This document shows positions 1 through 14,210 of a stretch of DNA of 64,000 bases, one piece after another. The notes under the pieces are model-generated. The model ran no database searches and had not been told where the DNA came from. It saw nothing but the letters and a program-made list of their open reading frames with translations. Numbering within the stretch: the stretch's first letter is position 1; each line of letters opens with the position of its first letter. Origin of the DNA: Eledone cirrhosa (lineage: Eukaryota); assembly GCA_964016885.1 (NCBI GenBank), contig OZ024741.1, positions 118,482,001 to 118,546,000 of the forward strand. Direction: 5' to 3'. Made by a program: the position numbers and the translations under genes.

Positions 1-179
1 ATATATATGTGTGTATATATGTATATATATGTGTGTATATATGTATATATATGTGTGTATATATGTATATATATGTGTGTATATGTGTGTATATATGTAT
101 ATATATGTGTGTATATGTGTATATATATGTGTATATGTGTATATATATGTGTATATGTGTATATATATGTGTATATATG

Positions 180-214
<35 letters not shown>

Positions 215-645
215 GTATATATATATGTATACATATGTGTATATATATATGTATACATATGTGTATATATATGTATACATATGTGTATATATATATATGT
301 ATACATATGTGTATATATATATATGTATACATATGTGTGTATATATATATGTATACATATGTGTATATATATATGTATACATATGTGTATATATATATAT
401 GTATACATATGTGTATATATATATATGTATACATATGTGTATATATATATATGTATATATGTGTATATATGTGTATATATGTGTATATATGTGTATATAT
501 GTGTATATATGTGTATATATGTGTATATATGTGTATATATGTGTATATATGTATATATATGTATATATATGTATATATATGTGTATATATGTGTATATAT
601 GTGTATATATGTGTATATATGTATATATATGTATATATATGTATA

Positions 646-678
<33 letters not shown>
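1..678. repeat. Compound (TA)n/(TG)n microsatellite
   Basis: Direct inspection. Confidence 0.98.
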
Positions 679-679
<1 letters not shown>

Positions 680-1127
680 CGATATTAACAAATGGAAACT
701 ATATTTATAAAACCATATCTATTCTATTATACATATTTCAAGGATACCATGTTAAATTATGGTATGCTTTCATCAGACAAAATACAATATATACCAGTTT
801 TATAAATAAATTTTAAATGCAACCGTTACTTTTGGAAGACATCAGGATATTAATATCCTGATGTCTTCCAAAAGTAACGGTTGCATTTTGAAAGGGTATG
901 TTAAAATTTATTTATAAAACTGGTATATATTGTATTTTGTCTGATGAAAGCATACCATAATTTAACATGGTATCCTTGAAATATGTTTAATAGAATAGAT
1001 ATGGTTTTATAAATATAGTTTCCATTTGTTAATATCGTATATTTACTCCAAATACTTGTCGAGTGCTTTATATCGGTTATAAAAATATTTGCTTGTTGTA
1101 TCCCAACAATTTAAATAGAACTTTTGC
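679..1127. mobile_element. Fold-back element, family A (Penelope-like pLTR remnant), with a hammerhead motif in each arm
   Basis: Arms of about 175 bp centred at 851/852 plus an unpaired tail of about 86 bp; related copies at 23919-24146 and about 32505-32600; flanked by (TA)n. Confidence 0.75.
933..997 (+). ncRNA. Minimal type I hammerhead ribozyme motif, family A (mirror copy on - strand at 720-784)
   Basis: TATTTTGT-CTGATGA-AAGCATACCAT/ATGGTATCCTT (stem II)-GAA-ATATGT(A/T)T-A|ATAGAATA. Confidence 0.65.
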
Positions 1128-1239
1128 ATATATATATATATGTATATATGTATATATATATATATACAAGCAAATTATAAATGTAAACATGTAAGTATGT
1201 TTTTGAAACGGTGCGCGAGTTTGAAATTAGAAATTATAA

Positions 1240-1292
1240 GGGTAGCACATTGGTCTGGATAACCAAAGATGTGGGTTCGACTCCCATGTACG
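1240..1292 (+). pseudogene. tRNA-like fragment (anticodon arm plus T arm), probably a SINE head
   Basis: TTGGT-CTGGATA-ACCAA stem-loop, then GTGGG-TTCGACT-CCCAT (B box); no acceptor stem or D arm. Confidence 0.5.
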
Positions 1293-1311
1293 GCAACACT
1301 CATCTTTTTCC

Positions 1312-1375
1312 ATATGTATATATATATGTATATATATGTATATATATATATATATGTGTATATATATATATATAT

Positions 1376-1411
<36 letters not shown>

Positions 1412-1458
1412 GTATATATATATATGTGTGTATATATATATATGTGTGTGTATATATA

Positions 1459-1491
<33 letters not shown>

Positions 1492-2280
1492 GTGTATATA
1501 TATATGTGTATATATATATGTGTATATATATATATATATATGTGTATATATATATATGTGTATATATATATATGTGTATGGGTATATATATATATGTGTA
1601 TATATATATATGTGTATATGTATATATGTGTATATATGTGTATATATATATATGTGTATATATGTATATATATATATGTGTGTATATATGTATATATATA
1701 TATATGTGTATATATATATATATGTATATATATGTATGTGTGTATATATATATATGTGTATATATGCATATGTGTATATATGTATATATATATATATGTG
1801 TATATATATATGTGTATATATATATGTGTATATATATATATGTGTATATATATATGTGTATATACATATGTATATATATGTATGTATATATATGTATATA
1901 TATGTATATATATGTATATATATGTATATATATGTATATATATATGTATATATATATGTATATATATGTGTATATATATGTATATATATATGTATATATA
2001 TATGTATATATATGTGTATATATATGTGTATATATATGTATATATATATATGTATATATATGTATATGTATGTATATATATGTATATGTATATATATGTA
2101 TATGTATGTATATATATATGTATATATATGTATATATATGTATATGTATGTATATATATGTATATATATATATATGTATATATATATGTATATATATATA
2201 TATGTGTGTGTATATATATATGTGTGTGTATATATATGTGTGTGTATATGTGTGTATATATGTATGTGTATATATATATA
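1312..2280. repeat. Compound (TA)n/(TG)n microsatellite
   Basis: Direct inspection. Confidence 0.98.
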
Positions 2281-2349
2281 CCCATGCAAGCATGGAAAAT
2301 CGGATGTAAAAATGATGTCGATGATGATCATTATCATATATATAATTTA

Positions 2350-2380
<31 letters not shown>

Positions 2381-2388
<8 letters not shown>

Positions 2389-2565
2389 TGAGATTCTACA
2401 GGACTAGAACTGTTTCATTCTGTAGAAATCATCAGGAATCCTGATGATTTCTAAAGAATGAAACGGTTCTAGTCCTGTAGAATCTCATCTATATTAAAAC
2501 TTTTATAATCTGCTATGTATTGAGTACCTTACTTACTGTGGTTACCTCCGATTCAACCCGGAATA

Positions 2566-2566
<1 letters not shown>
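2381..2566. mobile_element. Fold-back element, family B, copy 1, with hammerhead motifs
   Basis: Inverted arms of about 57 bp meeting at atcagga/tcctgat, tail ending caacccggaataa, inside (TA)n; hammerhead on - strand at 2392-2440. Confidence 0.8.
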
Positions 2567-2605
<39 letters not shown>

Positions 2606-2762
2606 ATGGATGCAGTAAAAACCTGTTAGACCATTATGAACCAGAGTACTCAATACTTGGGGAGTAGCGTGTGGTAATATGAATGAGTCTGCCATTTCAA
2701 CAGCGTGTTCGAAACTAGCTGTTTAAACGGCAGGAGCGCAGCCATCTGGACCCCGACTCCTT

Positions 2763-2797
<35 letters not shown>

Positions 2798-3484
2798 ATA
2801 CTTAGTTTTGCTCAGATTTTCCTTTGTGTATTGTCCTCATTATTTATGCTCAAATTTTGACACACACACACATACACACTCTCATACACTTGGAATGGAA
2901 ATAGAATGGACAGTCATGGGTTTCAACAAGTTTTCCAGTTGTTTGATCAACTGGACAAGCCTGCTATGAAATTATCGCTATGCGGTTGAGTGTTCCACAG
3001 ACACGTGTGCTGTTACTATAACGCAGATTTCAGTTATAGTGATATGGACATGTAATGCTTGTGGAGAATGACAGCTGCATTAAAAGTTTCAGAGCGCTCA
3101 GTCAGTTGAAAATATGGAAGAGCAAGACCTAGGAAAGCTTAAGTATGAAATGATAAAAGCTGACCTTGCACAGTTAAACCTTTCAAAGATGACACAGGAT
3201 TGAGATCTCTGGTGATATGCTGCACTGCAGAAAACCTTCCTTCCCATGAGCGCAGGTTGAAACAAATACGTAGAGGACAAATAATAGCAAGGTTATCAAA
3301 CCCTATCTATTAAGTATAAAGTGATTCTGCTGGTGGCTCAACAAAAAGCACACAGTCAACCCTGTAAGGTGGTTAGGGTTAGAAGGGCATCCAACCATAG
3401 AAACCAAGTCAAAATGCAGATTTGTGTGAGCAAGACGTGGTCTCCTGATCTGACTCGTCTCATAACATGACAATCCATCTAACC

Positions 3485-3638
3485 CAGTGGTTCTCAACCG
3501 GAGTCCACATGGACCCTGGGGGTCCACAGGCAAAAAATAGAATAAGATTTTCTTTTATCGACTGGCTATGAGGGGGTCCACCCCCCAAAAAAATAAGGGA
3601 AAAGAGGTCCATGAGTAAAAAAAGGTTGGAAACCACTG
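3485..3638. mobile_element. hAT (Charlie-like) MITE
   Basis: TIR CAGTGGTT..CAACC / GGTTGGAAACCACTG; perfect 8-bp TSD ATCTAACC. Confidence 0.9.
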
Positions 3639-3803
3639 ATCTAACCCATCATGCAAGAGTGGAAAATAGAGGCTTTATAAAAGGTCACTTCACAAAGATG
3701 TTTTGCAGTAGGATTGAACCTTTACCATCTGGATGGCAAAGTGAATGTTGTAACCATTTGGTCATGCCTGCACATACTCTCTCTCTCTTTCTTTCTCTCT
3801 CTT

Positions 3804-3846
<43 letters not shown>

Positions 3847-4019
3847 GTGTCACACATGCACACACACACAATCTCAAACACCCACTCTCTCTCAGACAAG
3901 CACTCATACTCACATACACATGGGGGTAGGGAGATCCATGTAATATTTTATTGACTTCACTAATCCCATATTCAGATTACAATATATAGCACCACTGAAG
4001 GGATCGCATTCAGTTTTAA

Positions 4020-4115
<96 letters not shown>

Positions 4116-4153
4116 TATGAATATTCTGCTTCATTACTTAGTTTTATTATAGC

Positions 4154-4188
<35 letters not shown>

Positions 4189-4829
4189 ATTACAATCTTT
4201 CTATAGAAGTTTCCAACATACTACCACTACTACTACCACTACTACTACCACTACTACTACATATAATCACATTATAATGGATCAGATTTCCACATTTTGA
4301 TGTTAGATAAGATATTTCTCCGTGGTCATCATTTCCCACTGCATCTCTCTCGCTCTCTATCTCTCTCTCTCTCTCTCTCGGCAGATTAGCTTTCATATGC
4401 ATATTATTTTACTTTCACTTTGAGGGGGGGGGAGGAGCCTCTCTTTCTACTTCTCTCCTTGTCTTTCTCATCTTCTCTTTTCCCATTTCTCTCCCTCCTT
4501 GTCTTTCTCATCTATAACAAATAATTGAATTTATGACATCCAAACACTTCTACATTATCATCTAAGTGATCTTTATACACCAAACCCTTGAAAGGCCTTG
4601 TTGACATGTGAAGAAATATACATAAATATATAGCTGTTGTATCATCTTCATTAAGCTTTACTCAACACAGCAGCAATAGAATTAACCCATTGACTAGTTT
4701 CAAATGTTTACTCAGCCCTTGACTAGAATTAACCTATTGTTTTGGTGGTCTCTTTCACGTCATTCACCAATCTGATACTTTTCTCAAACCCACAAAGACT
4801 AGGCCTTTTTACAGATGGCTTTACTTGCC

Positions 4830-5000
4830 TTGTAAACCCCAAGCAAGATGGTTGGATAACATCCATGAGCTCGGCTGGTCTCGCTTGGGGATCAAGCTGG
4901 ATCAGTTGGAGACAGTTGCTTCTGAGAGGATGCGTTGAAAGGAGCGTTTGAGGTCTCTGTCCTCACAACCCTCCCACGAATAAGTGAGCAAAGAAGAATA
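4830..5000 (+). mobile_element. RTE-clade LINE 3' fragment (related copies about 8910-9100, 26436-26525, 33560-34000, 40200-40620)
   Basis: Longer copies translate to [11 protein letters not shown]...GHVVRM...RPRG..RWLDN, the RTE ORF C-terminus. Confidence 0.75.
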
Positions 5001-5672
5001 GTTTAATGTGCCTACCTAGCCCTTGACTGTCTTCAATGGAGTTAGTTTCATAATCATTAGGTCTTGTGTTCAATCCCACTGCAGAACATCTTGTGCATGT
5101 GTTATTTACTATAGTTCTGTTGACCCATACCTTGTGAGTGAAATTGGAGTAGATGGAAACTGTTTGGAAGCCAGTCAGATAGCCTTATAATTCAAAAATC
5201 CAGCCTTGTCACACACTGTCGTACATACATTCTCCCTGAGAATGATGTCAAGGATACAAGTGTCTATGGAATGCTCAGCCACCTACACATTAGTTCCTTG
5301 AACAGGTGAAATACATCGGATGGACTGTACATGTAATTCAAAAATCCATCCTTGTCATACAGTCGTGCTTAACCTTCCTCAGAATTATGTCCCTGGATCT
5401 ATCTGGAATAATTCTGAAGACTTCTGTTTACTCTTATGACCATACCAAACAACATAAAGGAACTTTTTTTGTAAAAGTATAACCTACCAGACAAACAGTT
5501 TACTAAATTGTCTTTATATTATTGTCTTCTCTGTTTTCTACCAGTGAAACTATTAACAAAATTCTTTTTATATTATTGTGGTTATTGTCTTCCATATTTT
5601 CTACCAGTGAAACTCTTTACTAAATTATTTTTTATATTATTGTACTTATTGTCTTCCATCTATTTTTTCCAG

Positions 5673-5757
5673 GTGCCACAAGAGAAATGGGCTCTTCTCT
5701 CACACGGCTCTGCATGCGACATAGGAGTATAGAAAATAAGATAAAGACTTTAGCAAG
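5673..5757 (+). CDS. MTSS1: MTSS1/MIM exon (IMD), (G)[27 protein letters not shown](S), 85 nt, phase 1 to 2
   Basis: Acceptor ttttttccag, donor AAG|gtgagt; translation matches the IMD segment [19 protein letters not shown]. Confidence 0.95.
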
Positions 5758-7878
5758 GTGAGTATTAACCCTTTCATTACCATATTTCCAATGAAAGATG
5801 CATCATATGATTTTCATATCAGTTTAGAAAATCAAGAATTTGGAGTTATTTAATAATATAACTTAAGTGTTTCTATTTAACTCTTTTAGAGTGTGTTTCT
5901 ATTCACTATGTCAATTAATTAATGAAGACTACTTCTAAGGAATTCACTAAAATTATTTTATTACTAAGCTAGAAACTTAACATTGGTTCTTATACAAATT
6001 ATGTTGGAAGATTTTAATTTAAATAGGGACCCTTCAAAATGGGTAGTTTTATTTTATAGAACTAGAATCGGTTTTTGCTGGGCTGGTTATGATTTGAGGA
6101 AGATTTTAGCTGTTGTTTCTAGTTGCTTGAGCTACCCTGTGATGGTTCCCTAGTGTTTTTTCAGTTTTAGTGTGTATATGTGCGCTCACACACACATTTT
6201 ATATATATGTGTAATGCATACATCATCACCATTTTATGCCTATTTTCCATGTTAGCATGGTTTCTTTCGTTGGATGCTGTTCCTAAAACCAACCATTTCA
6301 TGGCATGGACTGGGTTTGTTTTATCATGGCACTGCCACTATCACATAAGGTGAACTAGGTGCATTTGTCATGGCACCAGCACAACCACTTTACAGAGTGG
6401 GCTGGGTCTATTTATTGTGGCACCAGCACAACCACTTTACAGAGTGGGCTGGATCCATTTATTGTGGCACCAGCTCAATTACTTTACAGTGTGGGCTGGA
6501 TCCATTTATCATGGCACTGGGACAACTACTTTACAGTGTGGGCTGAGTGCATTTTATCGTGGCACCTGCACTAACATTTTTTTAAATTAGTGAGCTCATT
6601 GTGTCCTTGGCAGGGTGGTAGCATGAGCGAGGAGATTACATGTTGTTCGCTGAAGGAGCAGATGAGAGGGGAAGGTAGCCTTAAGAGTGATGTCTGGCAA
6701 TGTATTGTGAGATGCATACATTCCTCCATGCTAGCATGGGTTGGACAGGAAAGGAGGAATTAGATGTGAATGAAGTGAGGTAGGCTATGGTTGGAAGGGG
6801 AATGGAGCATATATGTGTGAGGGAGATGGCTATATAGGAATGGAAACCTAAATACCGTTACACATTTTGGCTTTTACCACCATCCTCTCCATGCCTGGAG
6901 GCACGTGGCCTTGTGGTAAAGGTGTTGGACTTACAATCATAATGTCATGGGTTTCAATTCTTGGACTGGGTTGTGTTGTGTTCTTGAGCAAAACACTTCA
7001 TTTCCCATTGATCCAGTGTACTGAGCTGAAAATTTGTACCAGCTGTAACTGAGGGTTTAACCCTGCAATGGACTGTCCAGGGTGAGGGTGGAGGGTCTTG
7101 TACTCTCAGTCACTTCATGCTATAGAAACTGCAATAAGCACTGGCCTGATGAACCTCAGGGCTCGGGACAGACTTTAGACATGTGGGGAGTCAAGTTCTG
7201 CAATACAGTATATCTCCAGTCAGCTCGATCCTGTATCATGTCATTTGTGAGGTCAGCCTTCACCACTTCATCTTGAATTTTCCTTAGTCTACCTCTTCTG
7301 CAGTTTCCACTAACTTTTAAAGCCTTTCATTTTATTATACAGCTGTCATCCTTCATATACATCATATACATCATATGCCCATACCAAACTAGTCTTCTCT
7401 CTTGTGCACATCTAAGTTCACTTAATTCCCTAATGCTTCATCATTCATGCACACTGTTATTACACATCCATCAAAGTATGCATGCCTATTTTCTATCCAA
7501 TCATCACAGATACTCTAAAGTCAAGGCCCATATCTCACTTCCATGCTGCATTACAGGCAGTATACAATCTACCTTCCATCATAAAAGAGAAACCAATTGC
7601 ATATATATCCAGCATCAACAGTTTTCCAAGAGATGGCAACATGAATGGACCTGTTATTTTTCTCTAAAAACATTTTTTCAAATTCCCTTCAATCTTTCTA
7701 ATTTCTCATTCTTTCTTCTGCTGAAGGACTAGCATCCGAAACGTTAAGACCCTCTTCCTGCTATTTCAAGCATTAACCTAATACATTCCTTCCACATACT
7801 GTACCGATTGTGTTGTTATTTCTGTTTACCTTTTACATATACATATATACACGCACACACATGTACACTTATATATAC

Positions 7879-7932
<54 letters not shown>

Positions 7933-10900
7933 ATATATATATGCATATATATGTGTATATATATATGTGTATATATATATATGCATATATGTGTATATAT
8001 ATATATGCATGTGTATATGTGTATATGTGTATATATATATATATGCATGTGTATATGTGTATGTATATATATATATATATGCATGTGTATATATGTATAT
8101 ATATGCATGTGTATATATATATATGCATGTGTATATATATATATGCATGTGTATATATGTGTATATATATATGCCTGTGTATATGTATATATATATATGC
8201 ATGTGTATATATGTATATATATATATGCATGTGTATATATATATATATGCATATATGTGTGTATATATATATATGTGTATATGTGTATATATATATGCGT
8301 ATATGTATATATATATATATGCATGTGTGTATATATATGCGTATATATATATATATATATGCATATATGTGTGTATATATATATATGTGTGTATGTATGC
8401 ATGTATAATCTTTCAATTGAAATGTTTTTCATCAGCAAATTAAATTCCACCCCACCCTACCACCTCACATAATTATATAACTTTTAATTACATAACTCAA
8501 TGATGGTTGTTGGCTGACTTTCTTTTTTTTTTAATTTATCTTGATAAATTAATTTAAATGTTTTTCTGTTTTGCTGTTGCTTTTGTTGGAGGGGGGGAGG
8601 GGTGTCTATACATATTAGCTTCTTTTTTTTGTCTTTTTTTTATTTTATCAGAAACCTCGTTAATGTGCACCTCATTATCATTCTTTCATCGTTAAACTTC
8701 ATCAGTTATTTATTTATTTGATGGAAAAAATTATCAGCATGTTTTTTACTGCCGCATAATTAAGCTGCATTAGTATTATGCTATTATGCAGGTATAGATG
8801 TAAAAATGTGAATTTGCAATTGTTACAGTGTGGTGTTTGTTCTGGCTCACTGCATTCTGTGGTCAGATGCCCATAGAGTCAACCTTGCCCTTTTACCCAT
8901 TTGGGTTCGATAACCGACCAGCAGGAGACCCTGAGGTAAACCTCAAGCAAGATGGTTGGATAACATCCATGACTTTAGCTGGTCTTGCTTGGGGATCTAG
9001 CCAGATCAAATGGAGACAGTTGCTTCTGATAAGACCCACTGGAAGGAGTATTTAGGGACTCTGCCCCACAATTCTCCCAGGAATAAGTGGGTGAAGAAGG
9101 GGTCAATAGATAAAAATATAAGTCCAGGATAGTGAATTGTTAGAACATCAGCCAAGACGATTTGCTGAATCTGTTCTGGCTCTTTATCTTTTCGGTTAAA
9201 ATTTTTTCTATGAATTGAAATCTCACCAATTATGTTACAGTGGATCATGACACACTGTAAGATTCCTTTGTCCAACAACATGTGGCTTACTTTTTCCTCA
9301 GAATTGATGATGCCTGTATGTAAAATACATCAGCCCACTTCACCAGGTACACAGATTTGCAACTGTCAACTATCTCTTCTCGTGTGGCAACATTGATGTC
9401 AGCAGTCTTCAAGCCATTTTTGGCAAATGTCCTTGTACCGTATCAATGGAGTGGTTTCTGCAGTTGGATGTCTTTCCTAACTCTGACTACTATCATCATC
9501 ATCAATTAATAAGTGGTCTTCCATGCTGGCATGGGTTTGATGAGTTGGCCTCGTCATCACAAACTAAATTAGTACTTATTCAGTGCTACAGACTTCTCAA
9601 ACAGGTGGGGAGGCTTTTACGTCCTGCATCATCACCACCACCATCAGCAACACCACTGCCATCAACGCCACCACCACCACCACCACCATCCAAAAAGTAG
9701 CAATGCTACTTTAGGTGTCTTCTATAAAACTAAAACTTTCTATCTTTACAGTACTATAACTGAAAATCTTGTTGCACCTCTACAAGAGAAGATGGAGGAG
9801 TGGAAACGTAATGTGGCACATCTGGACAAAGAACATGCAAAAGGTATATTTTCTTCACATATATATTGATTGATTGTTTTTGGATAATGATTCAAAGGTT
9901 GTGATTTTAACCGCTGCTTTTAGTATTGTATTGTATCTTTAACCCTTTTCTTGCTATATTTGGGAGGACACTTCAGTTGTGTCAAAGATATGACAACCTC
10001 CTTAATGTTGTTGATCTACATAAACACACCCAGTACATTGTGTAAAGTTGTTGGCTATAGAAACGGCATCCATCCATAAAAGCTTGCCAAACAAAGAGTT
10101 GGAAACGACCTTTTGGTTGTGTCAAAGACATGACACCCTCCCTAATGTTGATCTACATGGTATAAACACACTGCAAAGTGATTGGTGATAGGATGGGCAT
10201 CCAGGTGTAGAAAACCTGTCAAACAACAGATGCCTGGAATGACTTCTTGCTATTCTCATACCAACTCTCTTCTGTAGTTCTTATTTTAACCTTTTCATAT
10301 CCATACTTCTAATGAATGCCAATGATTTCCAAATAATTTTTCAAAATAATCAAGAATATAAAATTTAGTAATATAACTCCCTCATCATTTATTTAGTGTT
10401 TAGAACATAACTTAACTGTTCTTACATAAAATTGATGGAAGCTTTTTAGATGTATATAAATATTTTAAAACAATTTTGTATCATAATACCTGGGGTGGTT
10501 TCTGGTATCAAAAAGGCTAAAACATTAAAACCCTACATCCTCTCCCTCTCTTGTTCTGCACATTTCAATGTATTTTATCTTTTCAGAATACAAAAAAGCT
10601 AGTCAGGAAATTAAAAAGTGTGCAGCAGATACAATACGGTTACAGAAAAAAGTGAAAAAGGGTCAGTACACTATACATGCATACAGACACGTGCATACAA
10701 AGACATGTGCATATAAATACATGCACACTAACATGTGCATACAAATACATACTCAAACATGTGCACACAAACGCGTGCACACCTTCACTCACATTTACAA
10801 ACACACTCGTATACAATCACATACATCAACACCAATGCTAACATTCCCTTTAATCTCACAGGGTCACAGCCACAGAGTTGCTGTATAGGCACAACATACA

Positions 10901-13814
10901 TCAAAATGTTGCCAGTCAGTAGGTTTGAATTGTTGCCACTCCAGCTTTAAATATAAATATTTTTACTCAAATCATTCAAAGATCTGCTGAGTAGTTGGGG
11001 AAAATTAAAAGGAACAAACAAACAAACAAACGTGTGTGTGTGCATACAAAAACACATATACACACACATTTTTGTGATTGTTCCATCTTCACAGATGATT
11101 GCCATCTCATTGTGTCCCCCCCCCCCCCCGATTCCATCACCATCAGTATTTTTCCTCCTATGCAAAAAAGCATACACCAGCATGGCCACACCAAGACCCT
11201 TGCTCCTTGACAAAGTTCCAACACAAGGCACTGTCAGTGAACCACATCCGCTCCTACTTATACTACACCTGCCGAGGTGAGGAAATTACAGAAGTGGAGG
11301 TATTTCATTGGAATGTATAATCATGACAGTTTTCTGACATGCCTGTCTAACTTCAGAACATGACAGACAACCTGTCTAACCCATGTAAACTTGGAAAATT
11401 GGTGGGAAACAGTGATGATGATGATACATACATATCATATATACATTTGTATGTATGATAGGATAAACCTGCAGGCGACTATCTCACTGGACTTACACAA
11501 AACATCAATACAAAATATATGGCACATTATAAATGTATGAGGTGTGACTTATACACAAGTATATACCATGAATAAGTACATTCATTTAATGGCTAAGTAG
11601 TGAGCTTTGTTACTCTGGTGATCCTATGAATGTGCAGGTGAAACTGCAGAATAAGGTTCACCCACTTAGTCCTAATAAATGAATATTTAAACTCTTCTTC
11701 AGTATTGAGTACTTTTTCTCGTGTCTGTCAATAATACTCAGATATATATATATATATATATATGATGATATATACACACACACTGTGAAAAACCTATATG
11801 TCTTATCTCACAAAACTTCAATACAAAATATATGGTACTTTGTAAATTCTATATGTAAAATGGAGGTATGTTTTTATATATACAGAAAAATACAATAATT
11901 TCTTTTTCCTTTTATTTCTCTGTCCATGTTTAGGAAAGTCCGATATTCAAAGTAGACTGGAGAGTGCTCTGCAAGACGTGAATGAAAAATACTTGGTACT
12001 AGAGGAGACTGAAAAAAATGCTGTGCGGACAGCATTAATTGAGGAACGGAGTAGATTTTGTATGTTTGTTACTTGTTTTAAGCCGTTTGTGGTAAGTTGC
12101 TTAATTTTATTTTTTTTTATTTTTGACATACATTTTTCTATTTAACAATCAAATCAAATGGGTATTATGTATGGTAGAGAGGACTCCTTATTCTTGCCAA
12201 GGACAACCTCTATATTACTGATGCAATGATAAAATGTAACCAGTACACTTTGTAAAGTGGTAGATATTAGGAAGAGCATCCAGCTGTAGAGACCATGCTA
12301 AAATTTGGAGTGTATAAACATGATATGGTTCCAAGGCCCATCTATGAGGACAGTAAGTCTGATTAACCCTTTAGCATTTTCATTACTCTATATTTGCTAT
12401 TGTATTTCCACAGTAAAGGCTTTATCTCACATAATATCCAATCTAAGAGATTTTGATATTATTTATTTTGAGAACAATTCCTTAACATAAGTATGAGCAG
12501 TCAGTTACAGCCAGTTTGAACAGAAAGAAGTGAAAGAATTTTGGCCGGATACAGCCAGTTTAAATGGTTAAGTACGGGCTTAGACTGTGACAACCCATCC
12601 AACCCATGTCAACATCGAAGGCAGACATAGAATGATGCTTTATATCACATCACTTCATAGTTTCTTTTATTGGAAGAATATCATGGTATCCTAACTCTTA
12701 TCTCGGTTTTTTAAGTGCTAGACAGAAATACCACAAAGTGTGCAAATAATGGAGCCTCTGCATAATTCTTTAACTTGTTTGAAATAGTTACCAAATTCCC
12801 CTCAAATCACATCCCTACTATCTTAGAAAAGAACACCTTGACTAATGTGGTTCCAGTACTTTACTGGCACTTTTTCGTCCTCCAGAAGTATGAAAAGCAT
12901 GGTTGACCTCGGTGGGATTTGAACTTAGAATGTAAAGGGCCTTAACTAAATGCTACTTAGCATTTTGTCTGATTCTCTAATAATTCTGCCAATCCACTGT
13001 CATATAGGATGAAAGGCAAAGTTGACCATGGCAAGATTTGAACTCTGAGAAAATACCAAGACATCATTAATCCAATGCCCTAATGCTTTGGCCTTCTCTG
13101 TTAATGATGATGATAATAATAATAATAATAATAATTGTTTCTACTTTTGGCACAAGGCCAGCAATTACCCAATGCATTACTGGTACTTTATTTTATCGAC
13201 CCCGTAAGGATGAAAGGCAAAGTTAACCTCGGAGGGATTTGAACTCAGATCATACAGGGAGGTAACTCTATGCTTCAAAGCATGGCATCCGACTCTCTAC
13301 CGATACTGCCATTCCACCACCTTAATAATAATAATAGTTTCTAATTTAGACACAAGACCAGCAATTTTGGGAGAGGGTAAAGTCGATTAAATCAACCCCA
13401 GTGTATTACTGGTGTTTTATTTTATTGCCCCATAAGGATGAAAGGCAAAGCTAACCTCGGCGGGATTTGAACTCAGATCGTAAAGGGTTGTAGCTCTATG
13501 CTGTAAAGCATGGTGTCTGATGCTCTACCAATGCTGCCAATCTACTGCCCTGATGATGAATTTGTATTCTTTTATTTAAGATTTTCGTTTTTTCATTTGT
13601 TTTTCTTTATTCTTTTTGTTGTTTTTCATCCACCAGGAATGGGAAATAAGTCTATTAACTGAGATTACACATTTAAAAGAAGTTATGGATAACCTAGCGA
13701 AACAATCAAGTGATCCTCACACATTGCCTGCCGCAAGTGAGCAAGTTATTTTAGATGTGAAGGGAGCTGACAGCAATGTCTGGGCATTCCAGGTGAGAAC
13801 ACTGAGGGAAAAAA

Positions 13815-13848
<34 letters not shown>

Positions 13849-14175
13849 CTTTTGGTCATTTTTGATACATTGAGGAATTTTTTTTTTTTAAGCTTCCACA
13901 ATGCTGATGATCTATAATCAATAATCGGATGTGTCGGGTAAGGTAACCCTGGAGGTTTTTGCCTGGTTTGATTACCACAGGCATTTCTGTCCACTTTTTT
14001 TCTGTCTCCAGAAGTATTTTACCCAGCTTATTCAAGTATTTTATAGTTCAACTACATTGCAGCAGCTTTTTTAAAAATCATATATTTTTTAACCAATTGT
14101 TTTGTTTTGTTTTTATTTTAATGTTCTTGTCATTGTTATGGTTGCGGTTATTTTTTTTTATTTTCTTGTTAATCG

Positions 14176-14210
<35 letters not shown>

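Noticed and set aside
1240-1292. Functional tRNA gene
   Set aside because: Lacks acceptor stem and D arm; treated as a SINE-head fragment.
1-2407. Long Y/I/C/V/M/H/T-rich ORFs in many frames (also about 7800-8470, 30433-30849, 36160-37490, 54250-54590)
   Set aside because: Translations of alternating purine-pyrimidine microsatellites, which cannot form stop codons; not genes.
9584-9604. 21-nt AG..GT segment that would keep frame (ATDFSN)
   Set aside because: Poor pyrimidine tract, follows repeat-derived sequence, and would interrupt an IMD helix.
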